A stretch of DNA of 52,113 nt from Planctomycetota bacterium (GCA_046046235.1 JBJOKF010000054.1:1-52113); one strand, 5' to 3'. Positions 14,224-23,090 are shown, numbered from the stretch's first letter. The notes: generated by a model not told the origin, from the sequence alone. Translations and numbers: made by a program.

Positions 14224-16374
14224 TCAGGAAGCCACGGCGGTGAACCGCCGGCGCAACCAACGCCGGCCGAGGGCCGCCAGGCCGATGCCCGCGAGGGCCA
14301 AGGATGACGGCTCCGGCACGACGATCGCGATCTGGTTGCCGCCCAGGTAGTTGTAATCGACCCAGTAGTACTGCGGTAGGCCGCTGACCACGCTGAACGT
14401 GCCGGAAAGCGAGCCGTAGCTGGCCAGGACGTGGGCCGTGCCGGAGAGCGACGAGAGGCTCGTCAGGTCGAGGGTCGAGCCGGCGCCGAGCGTGAGCGTG
14501 CCTCCGGAGACGTCGAGGAGGTCGCTCGTGGTGCCCGACAGTTCCATCGCGAGCGTGCCGAAGATCGAGAGGTTGTCTGTAAACGTGAGGGTGCCTAGCC
14601 CAGACGTGCCGGGAGCGAGCGTCGCGCCGGCGGCGATCTCCGTGGCGCCCGTCACCGTGCCGGCGCCGGTGAGCGTTTGGCCGCTCGCGAGCGTGAAGCC
14701 GCTCGTCACCCCCGAGACGTCGAACGCCGCCCCGGCGGCCACCGCGATCGTGCCGCTCGATGCGATGTTGTTGATGGCCGCCTGGAGGGCCAACGTGCCG
14801 GAGAGGATCGTCGTGTTGCCGGTGTAGGAACTGGTGCCGGTGAGGATCGTCTTGCCTGGCCCCTCCTGGACGACGGCCAGGCCGCCGGTCATGCCGTTGG
14901 CGAAGAGGTAGTTCGTCTCATTGTGGTTGAACGCCACGGTGCCGCCGCCGAACTGGGAGTCGATCAGGGCCGCGGCCGCGATGTTGCCCGCGCCGCCACC
15001 GGTGCCCGAGCGGAGCGTGCCGCCCGGCCCGAGTTTGATCGACGACACGTTCAAGGCGCCGCCGTCGGCGACGGTCACGGTGTTGTTCGTGCCGGTGCCG
15101 TAGCTGATGACGAGATCGGCCGCGGTGGACGTGATCGTGAGCGCCGAGCCCGAGCCCGTGACCAGGATGGAGTTGCCGCTGACGTTGCTGCTCGCGCTCG
15201 TGCCGCCGACGAAGATGTCGCTGGCGACGGTCACGGCGGCGCCGTTTTGGACGCCGAAGGAGTTCGAGTCGCCGCCGGAGCCGACCCGCAGCTTGCCGGT
15301 GATGTTCCAGATCGTGCCGACGCCGTCGGCGCCGGCGACGTTGCCGACTGAGCCGGCGTAGAGTCCGAGTCGCACATTGTTGCTCGTGACATTCGCGCCC
15401 TGGCCGACGAAGAATGCATTTCCGGTGCCGCTCTGGCCGACCACCAGGGTTCCCTGGCTCGAAAACGTGCTCGACTCCCGCACCACCATGATGTTGCCGT
15501 CGGCGCCGACGTTGGCGCCGATGACGACATCGCTCGTCGATCCGGTGACGGAGAGGCTGCTTGCCGGTCCGGTGCCGGAAACGCTGCCGACATACAGCGA
15601 GTTGCCGGAGCCGTTCAGGCCGACCGTCAGGCCGCCGCTGTTGGTCCAGGAGGTGCCGACCGACAGCCGTGCGTTGTTGCCATCGGCTGTGGCGTCGTTG
15701 CCGAGGATGGTCTCTCCGGCGGTGATCGTGCCGCCGGTGGCGATGAGGCTGTTCGACGAGCCTGCGTAGCCGACCACGATTTGGCTGACGGGGCCGAGCG
15801 TGCCGCCCGAGGCGATCGTAAGCGAGTTGTTCGCCGAAGTGACCACGCCGCCGATCCAGATCGCACCGCCCGTCACGCTACCGCCGCTCTGGATGCCGAG
15901 CACGTTGCCGGTGCCGTCGTAGCCGACGTTGAGCGTGCCGGCGACCGAGAGCGTCGAGGCGACGTTGAGCGTGTTGCCGGAGTCGCTCGAGCTGAGACCG
16001 ATCGCGGCGTTCGGGGCCGATACCACGGCACCAGTCGCGAGATCGAGACGGGCGCCCGTGCCGTAGAGATAGAGCTGGTCGGAGAGCGTGAGCGTGCCGC
16101 TCGTGAGGCCGTAGCTGGTGCCGGTGACGATGAGCTGGCCTGCGACGGCCGCACCCGGCAGCGTGATCACGGTATTGGCCGCCGGGTCCGACAGGATGGC
16201 GTGGTCCGAGGATGTGGGCACGCCACTGTCCCAGTTGGAAGCATTGCTCCAGAGCGCGTCGCTCGAACCAGTCCAGAAGACGTCGGCGGCGGGGGCTGGG
16301 GCCGCGACCAAGAGGCCCAGGGCGAAGATGGCGGAGGCGACGGCACTCAGGCGGCAGGCAGAACGTGGATGCAC
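14224..16374 (-). CDS. PEP-CTERM-anchored surface protein with autotransporter-associated beta-strand repeats
   Basis: 716-aa ORF with an N-terminal signal peptide (SAVASAIFALGLLVAAPAPAADVFW). It has a long Gly/Thr/Ser-rich beta-helix-like repeat region (for example GPGKTILTGTSSYTGNTTILSGTLAL). The C-terminus is VPEPSSLALAGIGLAALGRRWLRRRF, that is PEP motif, TM helix and Arg cluster. Confidence 0.88.
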   Translation of the reverse strand: MHPRSACRLSAVASAIFALGLLVAAPAPAADVFWTGSSDALWSNASNWDSGVPTSSDHAILSDPAANTVITLPGAAVAGQLIVTGTSYGLTSGTLTLSDQLYLYGTGARLDLATGAVVSAPNAAIGLSSSDSGNTLNVASTLSVAGTLNVGYDGTGNVLGIQSGGSVTGGAIWIGGVVTSANNSLTIASGGTLGPVSQIVVGYAGSSNSLIATGGTITAGETILGNDATADGNNARLSVGTSWTNSGGLTVGLNGSGNSLYVGSVSGTGPASSLSVTGSTSDVVIGANVGADGNIMVVRESSTFSSQGTLVVGQSGTGNAFFVGQGANVTSNNVRLGLYAGSVGNVAGADGVGTIWNITGKLRVGSGGDSNSFGVQNGAAVTVASDIFVGGTSASSNVSGNSILVTGSGSALTITSTAADLVISYGTGTNNTVTVADGGALNVSSIKLGPGGTLRSGTGGGAGNIAAAALIDSQFGGGTVAFNHNETNYLFANGMTGGLAVVQEGPGKTILTGTSSYTGNTTILSGTLALQAAINNIASSGTIAVAAGAAFDVSGVTSGFTLASGQTLTGAGTVTGATEIAAGATLAPGTSGLGTLTFTDNLSIFGTLAMELSGTTSDLLDVSGGTLTLGAGSTLDLTSLSSLSGTAHVLASYGSLSGTFSVVSGLPQYYWVDYNYLGGNQIAIVVPEPSSLALAGIGLAALGRRWLRRRFTAVAS

Positions 16375-16563
16375 GTGGGGCTCGCAGCAATCAAGGTGTG
16401 GCAGGCGAGCCGCCCGAGTGCGGCTGGCAGGCTTGTCCGCTGGAATGGGCGGTGTCTTTGGGGCGGGGCGTAGCCTAGCGGCAGCGCCTTTGGTTGGGCA
16501 AATGTGGTGATCCTGTCATTTGGGAAGGGGGGTCGGCTTGAGCGTGGCGGCGGCAGGCGATGC

Positions 16564-16610
16564 TTGACCGTCGATTCGTTGTCGATTACTATACAGACGT
16601 ACATGTTTAG
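16564..16610 (+). promoter_or_regulatory. Candidate sigma-70 promoter with overlapping imperfect palindrome upstream of imuA
   Basis: TTGACC (16564-16569), a 17-nt spacer containing the direct repeat GTCGATT-CGTT-GTCGATT, then TACTAT (16587-16592). The inverted repeat CTATACA-N8-TGTTTAG (16589-16610, 6/7 arm match) overlaps the -10 and start region. This is a conspicuously AT-rich island in GC-rich DNA. Confidence 0.45.
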
Positions 16611-16676
16611 CGGCCGCCGGGCCTTGGTGGCCTTTTTGGCGTGCCGAGCAGCTTTCCTGAGCCGAGCGAGAGCGTC

Positions 16677-17783
16677 ATGGTTTCGCATGTTGAAGTCGCA
16701 GATGCCGGTATAGACGCCAAAGCGTCGGCCACGGGCCGTTTGGCCTTGGCGCGTCTTGGCCGTCCGACCGAACTGGGCATGATCGGCCGTCCGGCCGAAC
16801 TGGGCATGATCGGCCGTCCGACCGAACTGGGCATGATCGGCCGTCCGGCCGAGTGGCGAGCTTGGGAGACGGTGTCGAGCGGCTTTCCCGCTCTCGATGG
16901 TCTCTTGCCTGCCGGCGGCGTCCGCCGGGGCAGCCTCATCGACTGGTGGGCCGCTGGTGGTGCGGATGGCGCGGCGACGGTCGCCTGTGCCGTGGCCTGC
17001 CGGCTGGCGCAGCCACGGCCGGGCGGGCGGTCGTCGGGCGGCTCGCTCTCCGGGGCCACGACGTCCGCCTCGACGATCGTGGTTGTCGATCGAGGCGGAC
17101 GGTTCTATCCGCCTGCCGTGCTGCCGTGGCTCGTCTCCCGATCCGTCGCCTCTTCAGGAGTCGCTGGCGCAAGAGTCGCTGGCGCAAGAGTCGCTGGCGC
17201 AAGAGTCTCTGGCGCAAGAGTCTCTGGCGCAGGAGTCGCTGGTTGTGGAGGCCAGGGGATCGCGCCCGAGGTCGTACCCGAAATGGTGGTGGTGCGGCCT
17301 TCTCGCGACGACGACGAACTCTGGGCGATCGATCAGGCGCTCCGCTGCCCGGGGGTGGCGGCCGTGCTGGCATGGCCGGGCCGCATGCAGGCCAACGCCA
17401 TGCGGCGGCTGCAGTTGGCGGCGAGGGCCAGCGGTGCGGTCGGGCTGTTGGTGCGAGGCTTGGGCGACGCTCGGCCACGCGTCGAAGCTCGTCGACAGGC
17501 GACGCATGCGTCCATATACGAGCCGACATGGGCCGATGCCAGGGTGGCGGTCTCGCCGCTGCCGCCAGTTGGCGGCCAGTCGCTCCCCTGCCCTGCCGAG
17601 CGGCGGCTGCGGCTTTCGCTCGTGGGGGGGCCATGGCAGGGGGAAGCGATGCTCGAGGACCGCTCGGTCGACATCTGCTTGGATCTGACGAGCGGACGAG
17701 AGGCCGTGAGTCGCCGTCATCTGCCGGAGTCGATGGCCCCGCCGCGGGCTGAGCGGGAGGTGCGGGCATGCCGCGCATCCTGA
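16677..17783 (+). CDS. imuA: ImuA-like (RecA/SulA-fold) component of the imuA-imuB-dnaE2 mutagenesis cassette
   Basis: The ORF 16641 (GTG)..17783 contains VSSGFPALDGLLPAGGVRRGSLIDWWAAGGADGAATVACAVA and ELWAIDQALRCPGVAAVLAW, both typical of ImuA. Its stop overlaps the imuB start by 16 nt. The first ATG is at 16677; the true start is uncertain. Confidence 0.72.
   Translation: MVSHVEVADAGIDAKASATGRLALARLGRPTELGMIGRPAELGMIGRPTELGMIGRPAEWRAWETVSSGFPALDGLLPAGGVRRGSLIDWWAAGGADGAATVACAVACRLAQPRPGGRSSGGSLSGATTSASTIVVVDRGGRFYPPAVLPWLVSRSVASSGVAGARVAGARVAGARVSGARVSGAGVAGCGGQGIAPEVVPEMVVVRPSRDDDELWAIDQALRCPGVAAVLAWPGRMQANAMRRLQLAARASGAVGLLVRGLGDARPRVEARRQATHASIYEPTWADARVAVSPLPPVGGQSLPCPAERRLRLSLVGGPWQGEAMLEDRSVDICLDLTSGREAVSRRHLPESMAPPRAEREVRACRAS
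16758..16852 (+). repeat. In-frame 27-nt tandem repeat, about 3.5 copies, inside the imuA ORF
   Basis: The unit GGCCGTCCG(A/G)CCGAACTGGGCATGATC was read at 16758-16784, 16785-16811 and 16812-16838, with a partial copy to 16852. It encodes GRP(T/A)ELGMI repeats. Confidence 0.9.
17158..17245 (+). repeat. In-frame 15-nt tandem repeat, about 5.7 copies, inside imuA
   Basis: The unit GAGTC(G/T)CTGGCGCA(A/G) was read at 17158, 17173, 17188, 17203 and 17218, with a degenerate sixth copy. It encodes GARVA/GARVS repeats. Confidence 0.9.
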
Positions 17784-19597
17784 CAATCTGGCTGCCCCGC
17801 TGGCCGGTGCAGCGACGGCTCTTGGAGTGGCCCGAGCTGCGCCGGCGGCCGGTATTCGTCTGCCGACGCGAGCGGCGCGGCATGATGACGGTGGTGAACT
17901 GGGCATGGGCGGTGCCGCCGCGGCGGCTGGAGGAGCCGATCAGGCGCCCTGAGGCGGTGCGGATCATGCCCGGCATGTCGCTGGCCGAGGCGATGGCGGT
18001 CTTGGCGATGGCCTACGGATCCCGGGCCTGCCACATGGCCGAGATCGACCACGACGATGGCGTCGCCGATCGGCTGGCTCTCGAGGAACTCGCCCGCTTC
18101 TGCCGTCGCTTTGCCCCGATCGTGGCGGTCGAGGAGCCGCCGCGGCATCGTGATTCCGGGCCGGAATGCCTGCATCTCGACGTGACTGGCACGGCGGGGT
18201 TCTTCGGCGGCGAAGAGCGACTGGTCCGTACGGTCGTCTGGACGCTGGCCGCGCGGGGCATCCACGCCCGGGCTGCGATCGCCGACACCCCCGCCGCCGC
18301 TTGGGCCGCTGCGCACCAGACGGATGCCGTGCCGGCGCAGGCTGCAGCCGGGGTGGGCCGGCGCGGCGGCCGCGACCTGAACGCGCCGCGGCATCGCCGC
18401 CATGCGATCGTGCCGCCGGCAGAGCAAGCGCGTCTGCTCGCCGACCTGCCGGCGGCTGCCCTCGATCTGGATGCCGCCACGCTCGCACGGCTGCGGGAGG
18501 TCGGCGTCGAGACGATCGGCGGCATCGTCCGGCTGCCGCGCCGGTCGCTGGCATCGCGGTTTGCGCCCGAACTTGCACAGCGGCTCGCGCAGTTCGTCGG
18601 CGAGCGGGCCGAGCCGCTCGTCGCGCCCCGTTTCGACGAGCTGCCGACGGCCGTTCAGGCCTTCGACGCGCCGTTGCTCTTGAAAGATGTTTCTGTCGAT
18701 GACGTGCTCGGCGTGATCGAGCGGCTGCTGCAGGTCTGTGTCGCGCCCCTGGCGGCCGCCGGCAAGGGGGTGCTGTCGCTGCAAGTGCGGTTCGATCGCT
18801 CTGGATGTGCCGGCGATCGGTCGGTGGACCACCGGGAACCCTGCCCGCCGGTGGTGGTCGACATCGGCGTGTTCCGGCCGTGTGCATCGGTGCGGCACCT
18901 GGCCGATCTCGTGCGGCTGCGGCTCGGGCGGCTGCGGCTGCCGCGGGAGATCGTCGGGATCACGGTGGAGGTGGTGTCGGCGGCGGCGGCAGAATGCCGG
19001 CAGCGGACGCTCTTCGGCGAGGCCGAGCAGGCGGCCGACCTGCAGGTGGGCATGCTGCTCGACCGCCTGGCGGGCCGGCTGGGCCGCGGCGCCGTGAGCG
19101 CGCCACGGCTCGTGGCCGACGCCCAGCCGGAGCATGCCTGGGTGGGCGTGCCGCCGCAGGCAGGCCGCGGCAAGAACCGACGGCCGCAGTCACCGGATGC
19201 GGTCGCCAGAGAGCAGGCGGCTGCCGGGGCCGGCCGTCACGGCGGCCTGCGCGCCGTGCAGGGGCCGCCGGCCGGATCCCAGCGGCGACCGATCTGGCTC
19301 TTGCCGCGGCCCCAGCGGCTGGAGGCCGTGTCGGTGCTGACGGATCCTGCCGAGGCGCACGGGCCACCGGCGCGGTTTCGCCTGTCCACGAGCTCCCAGC
19401 AGGCCGCGATCACCCATGAAGTCGTGGCGTTTGCGGGGCCCGAGCGGATCGAGACGGCCTGGTGGCGCGGGCCGATGGTGCGGCGCGACTACTACGTCGT
19501 CGAGACCAGCCAAGGCGAGCGCTACTGGATCTTTCGTCGCCTGGCCGCGGGCGGTCGCCGCGATGGCGGCTGGTTTCTGCACGGCACGTTTTCGTGA
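17768..19597 (+). CDS. imuB: ImuB, Y-family DNA polymerase-like protein
   Basis: 609-aa ORF. The N-terminus MPRILTIWLPRWPVQRRL and MPGMSLAEAMAVL resemble ImuB/UmuC-fold proteins. It lies between imuA and dnaE2. Confidence 0.85.
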   Translation: MPRILTIWLPRWPVQRRLLEWPELRRRPVFVCRRERRGMMTVVNWAWAVPPRRLEEPIRRPEAVRIMPGMSLAEAMAVLAMAYGSRACHMAEIDHDDGVADRLALEELARFCRRFAPIVAVEEPPRHRDSGPECLHLDVTGTAGFFGGEERLVRTVVWTLAARGIHARAAIADTPAAAWAAAHQTDAVPAQAAAGVGRRGGRDLNAPRHRRHAIVPPAEQARLLADLPAAALDLDAATLARLREVGVETIGGIVRLPRRSLASRFAPELAQRLAQFVGERAEPLVAPRFDELPTAVQAFDAPLLLKDVSVDDVLGVIERLLQVCVAPLAAAGKGVLSLQVRFDRSGCAGDRSVDHREPCPPVVVDIGVFRPCASVRHLADLVRLRLGRLRLPREIVGITVEVVSAAAAECRQRTLFGEAEQAADLQVGMLLDRLAGRLGRGAVSAPRLVADAQPEHAWVGVPPQAGRGKNRRPQSPDAVAREQAAAGAGRHGGLRAVQGPPAGSQRRPIWLLPRPQRLEAVSVLTDPAEAHGPPARFRLSTSSQQAAITHEVVAFAGPERIETAWWRGPMVRRDYYVVETSQGERYWIFRRLAAGGRRDGGWFLHGTFS

Positions 19598-19625
19598 GTC
19601 CACGTGTGTTCCCTGGAGCCCCACC

Positions 19626-22600
19626 ATGCAGTACGAAGGGCCTGACGACGCTCCGCCCTACGCGGAGCTGCACTGCACGAGCAACTTCTCGTTTCTTCGG
19701 AGCGGCTCGCATCCGGAAGAACTGGTGCAGACGGCCCACGCGCTCGGCTACGAGGCGATCGCCATCACCGACCGCAGCACGCTCGCCGGCATCGTCCGTG
19801 GCCATGGGGCCGCCGGCCAGGCGGGGATTCGCTTCGTCGTCGGGGCGCACCTGGAGCCCGTCGATGCGGTGCCGTTGGTGGTCTGGGTGGCCGACCGCAC
19901 CGGCTACACGCATCTCTGCCGACTGCTCACGCAGGGCTATGCCGCGGCGGCGGAGGCGCGTGGCGGAGTCACGGCGGAAGACACGGACGCCACGGCGTGC
20001 CGCCTGACGCGCGCCGACGTCGCGGCCCATGCCGACGGCCTGCTCGCGGGTGTGCCGCTGGCCGGGATCGCCGGTGATGTCGTGCGGCAGGTCGGTGGGC
20101 TGCATGCGGGCGCCGGCAGTGTGCGGGAGGCGGCCGCGGCTGTCGGACGCTGGCGGGAGGTGTTCGGCGACCGGCTGGTGACGCTCGCGGAGGTGGCTGC
20201 CGAGGGGGACGATGCGGAGCGGCTGGCCTGGTTCGCGGAGGTGGCCCGCCGGTCGCGGGCGCCGCTCGTGGCCGCCGGCGACGTGCGCTACCACCAGCGT
20301 GCCCGCCAGCCGCTCTTCGACGCCCTCACGGCCGTCCGCCACGGCTGCACGGTCGAGGAGGTGCGGGGACGGCTCCTGGCCAATGGCGAACGGCACCTGC
20401 ACGACCGCCGCCGGATCGCGGCCCGGTTCGCCGCGGTTCCCGGAGCCGTCGAGCGGTCGGTGGAGATCGCCAGGCAGTGCAGGTTTTCCCTGGCCGAGCT
20501 GCGGTACGAGTATCCCGACGCGGACGTTCCCGCGGGCTCCACGCCGGCCGCGCATTTGGCCGGCCTCGTCTGGCGCGGGGCGGCGGAGCGGTATCCCGCC
20601 GGCGTGCCCGGGAAGGTGCGGGCGCTCCTCGAGCACGAACTCGCCCTCGTGGCGGATCTGGGCTACGAGTCCTACTTCCTCACCGTCTTCGATATCGTGC
20701 GATTCGCCCGGCGACGCGGCATCCTCTGCCAGGGCCGCGGGTCGGCGGCCAACTCCGCCATCTGCTACTGCCTCGGCATCACGGCGGTCGATCCGGACCG
20801 CATGGACGTGCTCTTCGAGCGGTTCATCAGCCGGGAGCGGTGCGAGGCGCCCGACATCGACGTCGATTTCGAGCACCAACGCCGCGAGGAGGTGATCCAG
20901 TACATCTACGACACCTACGGCCGCCGTCGCGCGGCGATGACGGCGGAGGTGATCTCCTACCGGCTGCGGTCGGCCGTGCGCGACCTGGCCAAAGCGATCG
21001 GCTTCTCGCTCGACCGCGTGGGGGCGATCGCCGACGTGCTTGACGTGGGGGATGGCGTCGAGGATCTGCCCCGGCGGCTGGCCGAGGCGGGCCTCGATCC
21101 CGACGCGGCCGCCTGCACGCGGCTGGTCGTGCTCGTCGGGCAACTCGTCGGCTTCCCTCGCCACCTCGGGCAGCACGTGGGCGGCATGGTGATGACCCGC
21201 AGCGACCTGTGCGACCTCGTGCCGATCCAGGCGGCCGCGATGGATGGCCGCACCGTCATCCAATGGGACAAGAACGACCTCGACGAGCTCGGCATCCTCA
21301 AGGTCGACTGTCTGGCCCTCGGTATGCTCTCGTGCATCCATCGCGCCTTCGACCTGGTCGCGGCCTCCGGCGGGCCGCAGCTCGCGCTTGCCACCGTGCC
21401 TGCAGAGGACGCGAGCGTCTATGAGATGATCTCCCGCGCCGACACGGTGGGCGTGTTCCAGATCGAGAGCCGGGCGCAGATGAGCATGCTGCCCCGGCTC
21501 AAGCCGGCCTGCTTCTACGACCTCGTCATCGAGGTGGCGATCGTGCGGCCCGGGCCGATCCAGGGCGACATGGTGCATCCGTACCTGCGCCGCCGGGCCG
21601 GAGAGGAGTCGGTGACGTTTCCGAACGACGCCATCCGCGCGGTGCTCGGGAAGACGCTCGGCGTGCCGCTCTTCCAGGAGCAGGCGATGCGGCTGGCGGT
21701 CGTGGCGGCGGGTTTCACGCCCGGCGAGGCCGACGAGCTCCGTCGGGCGATGGGAGCCTGGCGGCGACCGGGCTTGATCGACGAGCTGCGCCGCCGGCTC
21801 GTGAGCGGCATGCTCGCCCGCGGGCTCGAGCCCACGTTCGCCGAGCAGGTGTTTCATCAGATCCGCGGGTTCGGCGAATACGGCTTTCCGGAGTCGCACG
21901 CGGCGAGCTTCGCGCTGTTGGTCTACGTGTCGGCGTGGCTCAAGCGGCATCACCCGGCCGCCTTCACCGCCGCCCTGCTCGGCAGCCAGCCGATGGGGTT
22001 TTACGCTCCGGCGCAGCTTGTGCGCGACGCGCGGGCTCACGGAGTCGCCGTGCTGCCCGTCGACGCCAATGCGAGCGATTGGCACGCGACCGTCGAACTC
22101 GCGGCGGGCCGGGCATCGGCTGCCGGGCGGCGGCGTCCCGCGGTCCGGCTGGGGCTCGAGCAGGTGCGCGGGCTCGGCGAGGCGGCTGGCCGGCGGATCG
22201 AGGCGGCGCGGCGGGCCGGGCCGTTCAGAATGCTCGCTGAACTCGTGCGGCGGGCGAGGCTCGATCGCGAGTCGCTCCTGCATCTGGCCCGGGCCGGGGC
22301 TTTCGGGTCGCTCGGGCTCGACCGCCGCCGGGCGGTATGGGAGGCGCTGCGTTGTCTCGACGAGCCTGAGGACCGGCCGCTGCTGGCGGGGCTTGCGGAA
22401 ACGGAAGAAGACGACGACGAGCCGGCACTCCCGGCACTGACGCGGCAGGAGGAGGTGCTGGCCGATTATCGCACCGCCGGCCTCTCGCTCGAGGCGCATC
22501 CGCTCAGCTTCGAACGTGACGCGCTTGCCGCGCGGGGCATCGTCACCGTGGCAGCGGCCGTGGCGGCGGCCGAGGGGCGGCGGGTGCGGGTGGCGGGCAT

Positions 22601-22853
22601 CGTGCTCACGCGGCAGCGACCGGCCACGGCCAGCGGCATGATCTTTCTCACGATCGAGGACGAGACAGGCTCGGCCAACATCGTGGTGCGGCCGGCCGTC
22701 TGGGAGGCGGCCGATCATGCCGCCCGCCGCGGGGCGGCCGTCGTGGTGGAGGGACGGGTGCAGCGCCGCGGCCCGGTGGTGCACATCGTGGCGACGCGGC
22801 TCTGCCCGGCACCCTTCTCCGCCCTGCCCCGCATGTCCCGCGATTTCTGTTAG
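19626..22853 (+). CDS. dnaE2: Error-prone DNA polymerase DnaE2 (Pol III alpha paralogue)
   Basis: ORF 19416..22853. The recognisable PHP-domain start MQYEGPDDAPPYAELHCTSNFSFLRSGSHPEELV begins at the ATG at 19626. Pol III alpha motifs occur throughout (GRGSAANSAICYCLGIT, PDIDVDFEH, VFQIESRAQM), and there is a C-terminal OB fold. Confidence 0.93.
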   Translation: MQYEGPDDAPPYAELHCTSNFSFLRSGSHPEELVQTAHALGYEAIAITDRSTLAGIVRGHGAAGQAGIRFVVGAHLEPVDAVPLVVWVADRTGYTHLCRLLTQGYAAAAEARGGVTAEDTDATACRLTRADVAAHADGLLAGVPLAGIAGDVVRQVGGLHAGAGSVREAAAAVGRWREVFGDRLVTLAEVAAEGDDAERLAWFAEVARRSRAPLVAAGDVRYHQRARQPLFDALTAVRHGCTVEEVRGRLLANGERHLHDRRRIAARFAAVPGAVERSVEIARQCRFSLAELRYEYPDADVPAGSTPAAHLAGLVWRGAAERYPAGVPGKVRALLEHELALVADLGYESYFLTVFDIVRFARRRGILCQGRGSAANSAICYCLGITAVDPDRMDVLFERFISRERCEAPDIDVDFEHQRREEVIQYIYDTYGRRRAAMTAEVISYRLRSAVRDLAKAIGFSLDRVGAIADVLDVGDGVEDLPRRLAEAGLDPDAAACTRLVVLVGQLVGFPRHLGQHVGGMVMTRSDLCDLVPIQAAAMDGRTVIQWDKNDLDELGILKVDCLALGMLSCIHRAFDLVAASGGPQLALATVPAEDASVYEMISRADTVGVFQIESRAQMSMLPRLKPACFYDLVIEVAIVRPGPIQGDMVHPYLRRRAGEESVTFPNDAIRAVLGKTLGVPLFQEQAMRLAVVAAGFTPGEADELRRAMGAWRRPGLIDELRRRLVSGMLARGLEPTFAEQVFHQIRGFGEYGFPESHAASFALLVYVSAWLKRHHPAAFTAALLGSQPMGFYAPAQLVRDARAHGVAVLPVDANASDWHATVELAAGRASAAGRRRPAVRLGLEQVRGLGEAAGRRIEAARRAGPFRMLAELVRRARLDRESLLHLARAGAFGSLGLDRRRAVWEALRCLDEPEDRPLLAGLAETEEDDDEPALPALTRQEEVLADYRTAGLSLEAHPLSFERDALAARGIVTVAAAVAAAEGRRVRVAGIVLTRQRPATASGMIFLTIEDETGSANIVVRPAVWEAADHAARRGAAVVVEGRVQRRGPVVHIVATRLCPAPFSALPRMSRDFC

Positions 22854-22854
22854 T

Positions 22855-23090
22855 ACGCGAACAACGGCCCTCCGGGCCGTGTTCGCTTGGCGGGCCTCCG
22901 CCCGCTGGTGCCAAGCGTCGCGTCCATGCGACGCAGTTTGGATGGCGGGGCGCCGTGTTCGCTTGGCGGGCCTCCGCCCGCTGGTGCCAAGCGTCGCATC
23001 CATGCGACGCAGTTGGATGGCGGGGCACCGTGTTCGCTTGGCGGCCCCCGCGGGCTGGTGCTCGTGCGTCGCTCCCGGCTTGGCGCCTTC
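22855..23090 (+). repeat. REP-like stacked-hairpin element, leader plus about 2.7 tandem units of 75-76 nt
   Basis: It starts 2 nt after the dnaE2 stop. The leader is ACGCGAA then hairpin ACGGCCC-TCC-GGGCCGT. Units run 22879-22954, 22955-23029 and 23030-about 23088 (degenerate). Each unit holds GGCGGGC-CTCC-GCCCGCT and GCGTCGC-(A/G)TCCAT-GCGACGC hairpins. Confidence 0.85.

Noticed and set aside
16587-16610. A canonical LexA box of a known class upstream of imuA.
   Set aside because: No CTGT-N8-ACAG, GAAC-N4-GTTC, GTTC-N7-GTTC or TGTTC-N4-GAACA is present. Only a different imperfect palindrome is there, and I report it separately as a candidate rather than as a LexA site.
19416-19625. N-terminal extensions in the ORF track, which also accepts GTG and TTG starts. 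Examples are dnaE2 from 19416, aroC from 24416, the desaturase from 27064, pnp from 28656, atpA to 47056, gcvP to 7916, corA from 50039, the atpZ-like gene to 51243, and pilD from 36732.
   Set aside because: The conserved N-termini of the respective families begin at internal ATGs, usually preceded by a purine-rich SD-like sequence. The extensions overlap neighbouring genes or regulatory RNA and are Arg/Pro-rich.
22879-23088. Possible CRISPR array, because of the regular 75-76-nt periodicity.
   Set aside because: The units are directly contiguous with no unique spacers, there are only about 2.7 copies, there are no cas genes in the window, and the same unit recurs singly after corA. This is a REP-like tandem repeat, not a CRISPR array.
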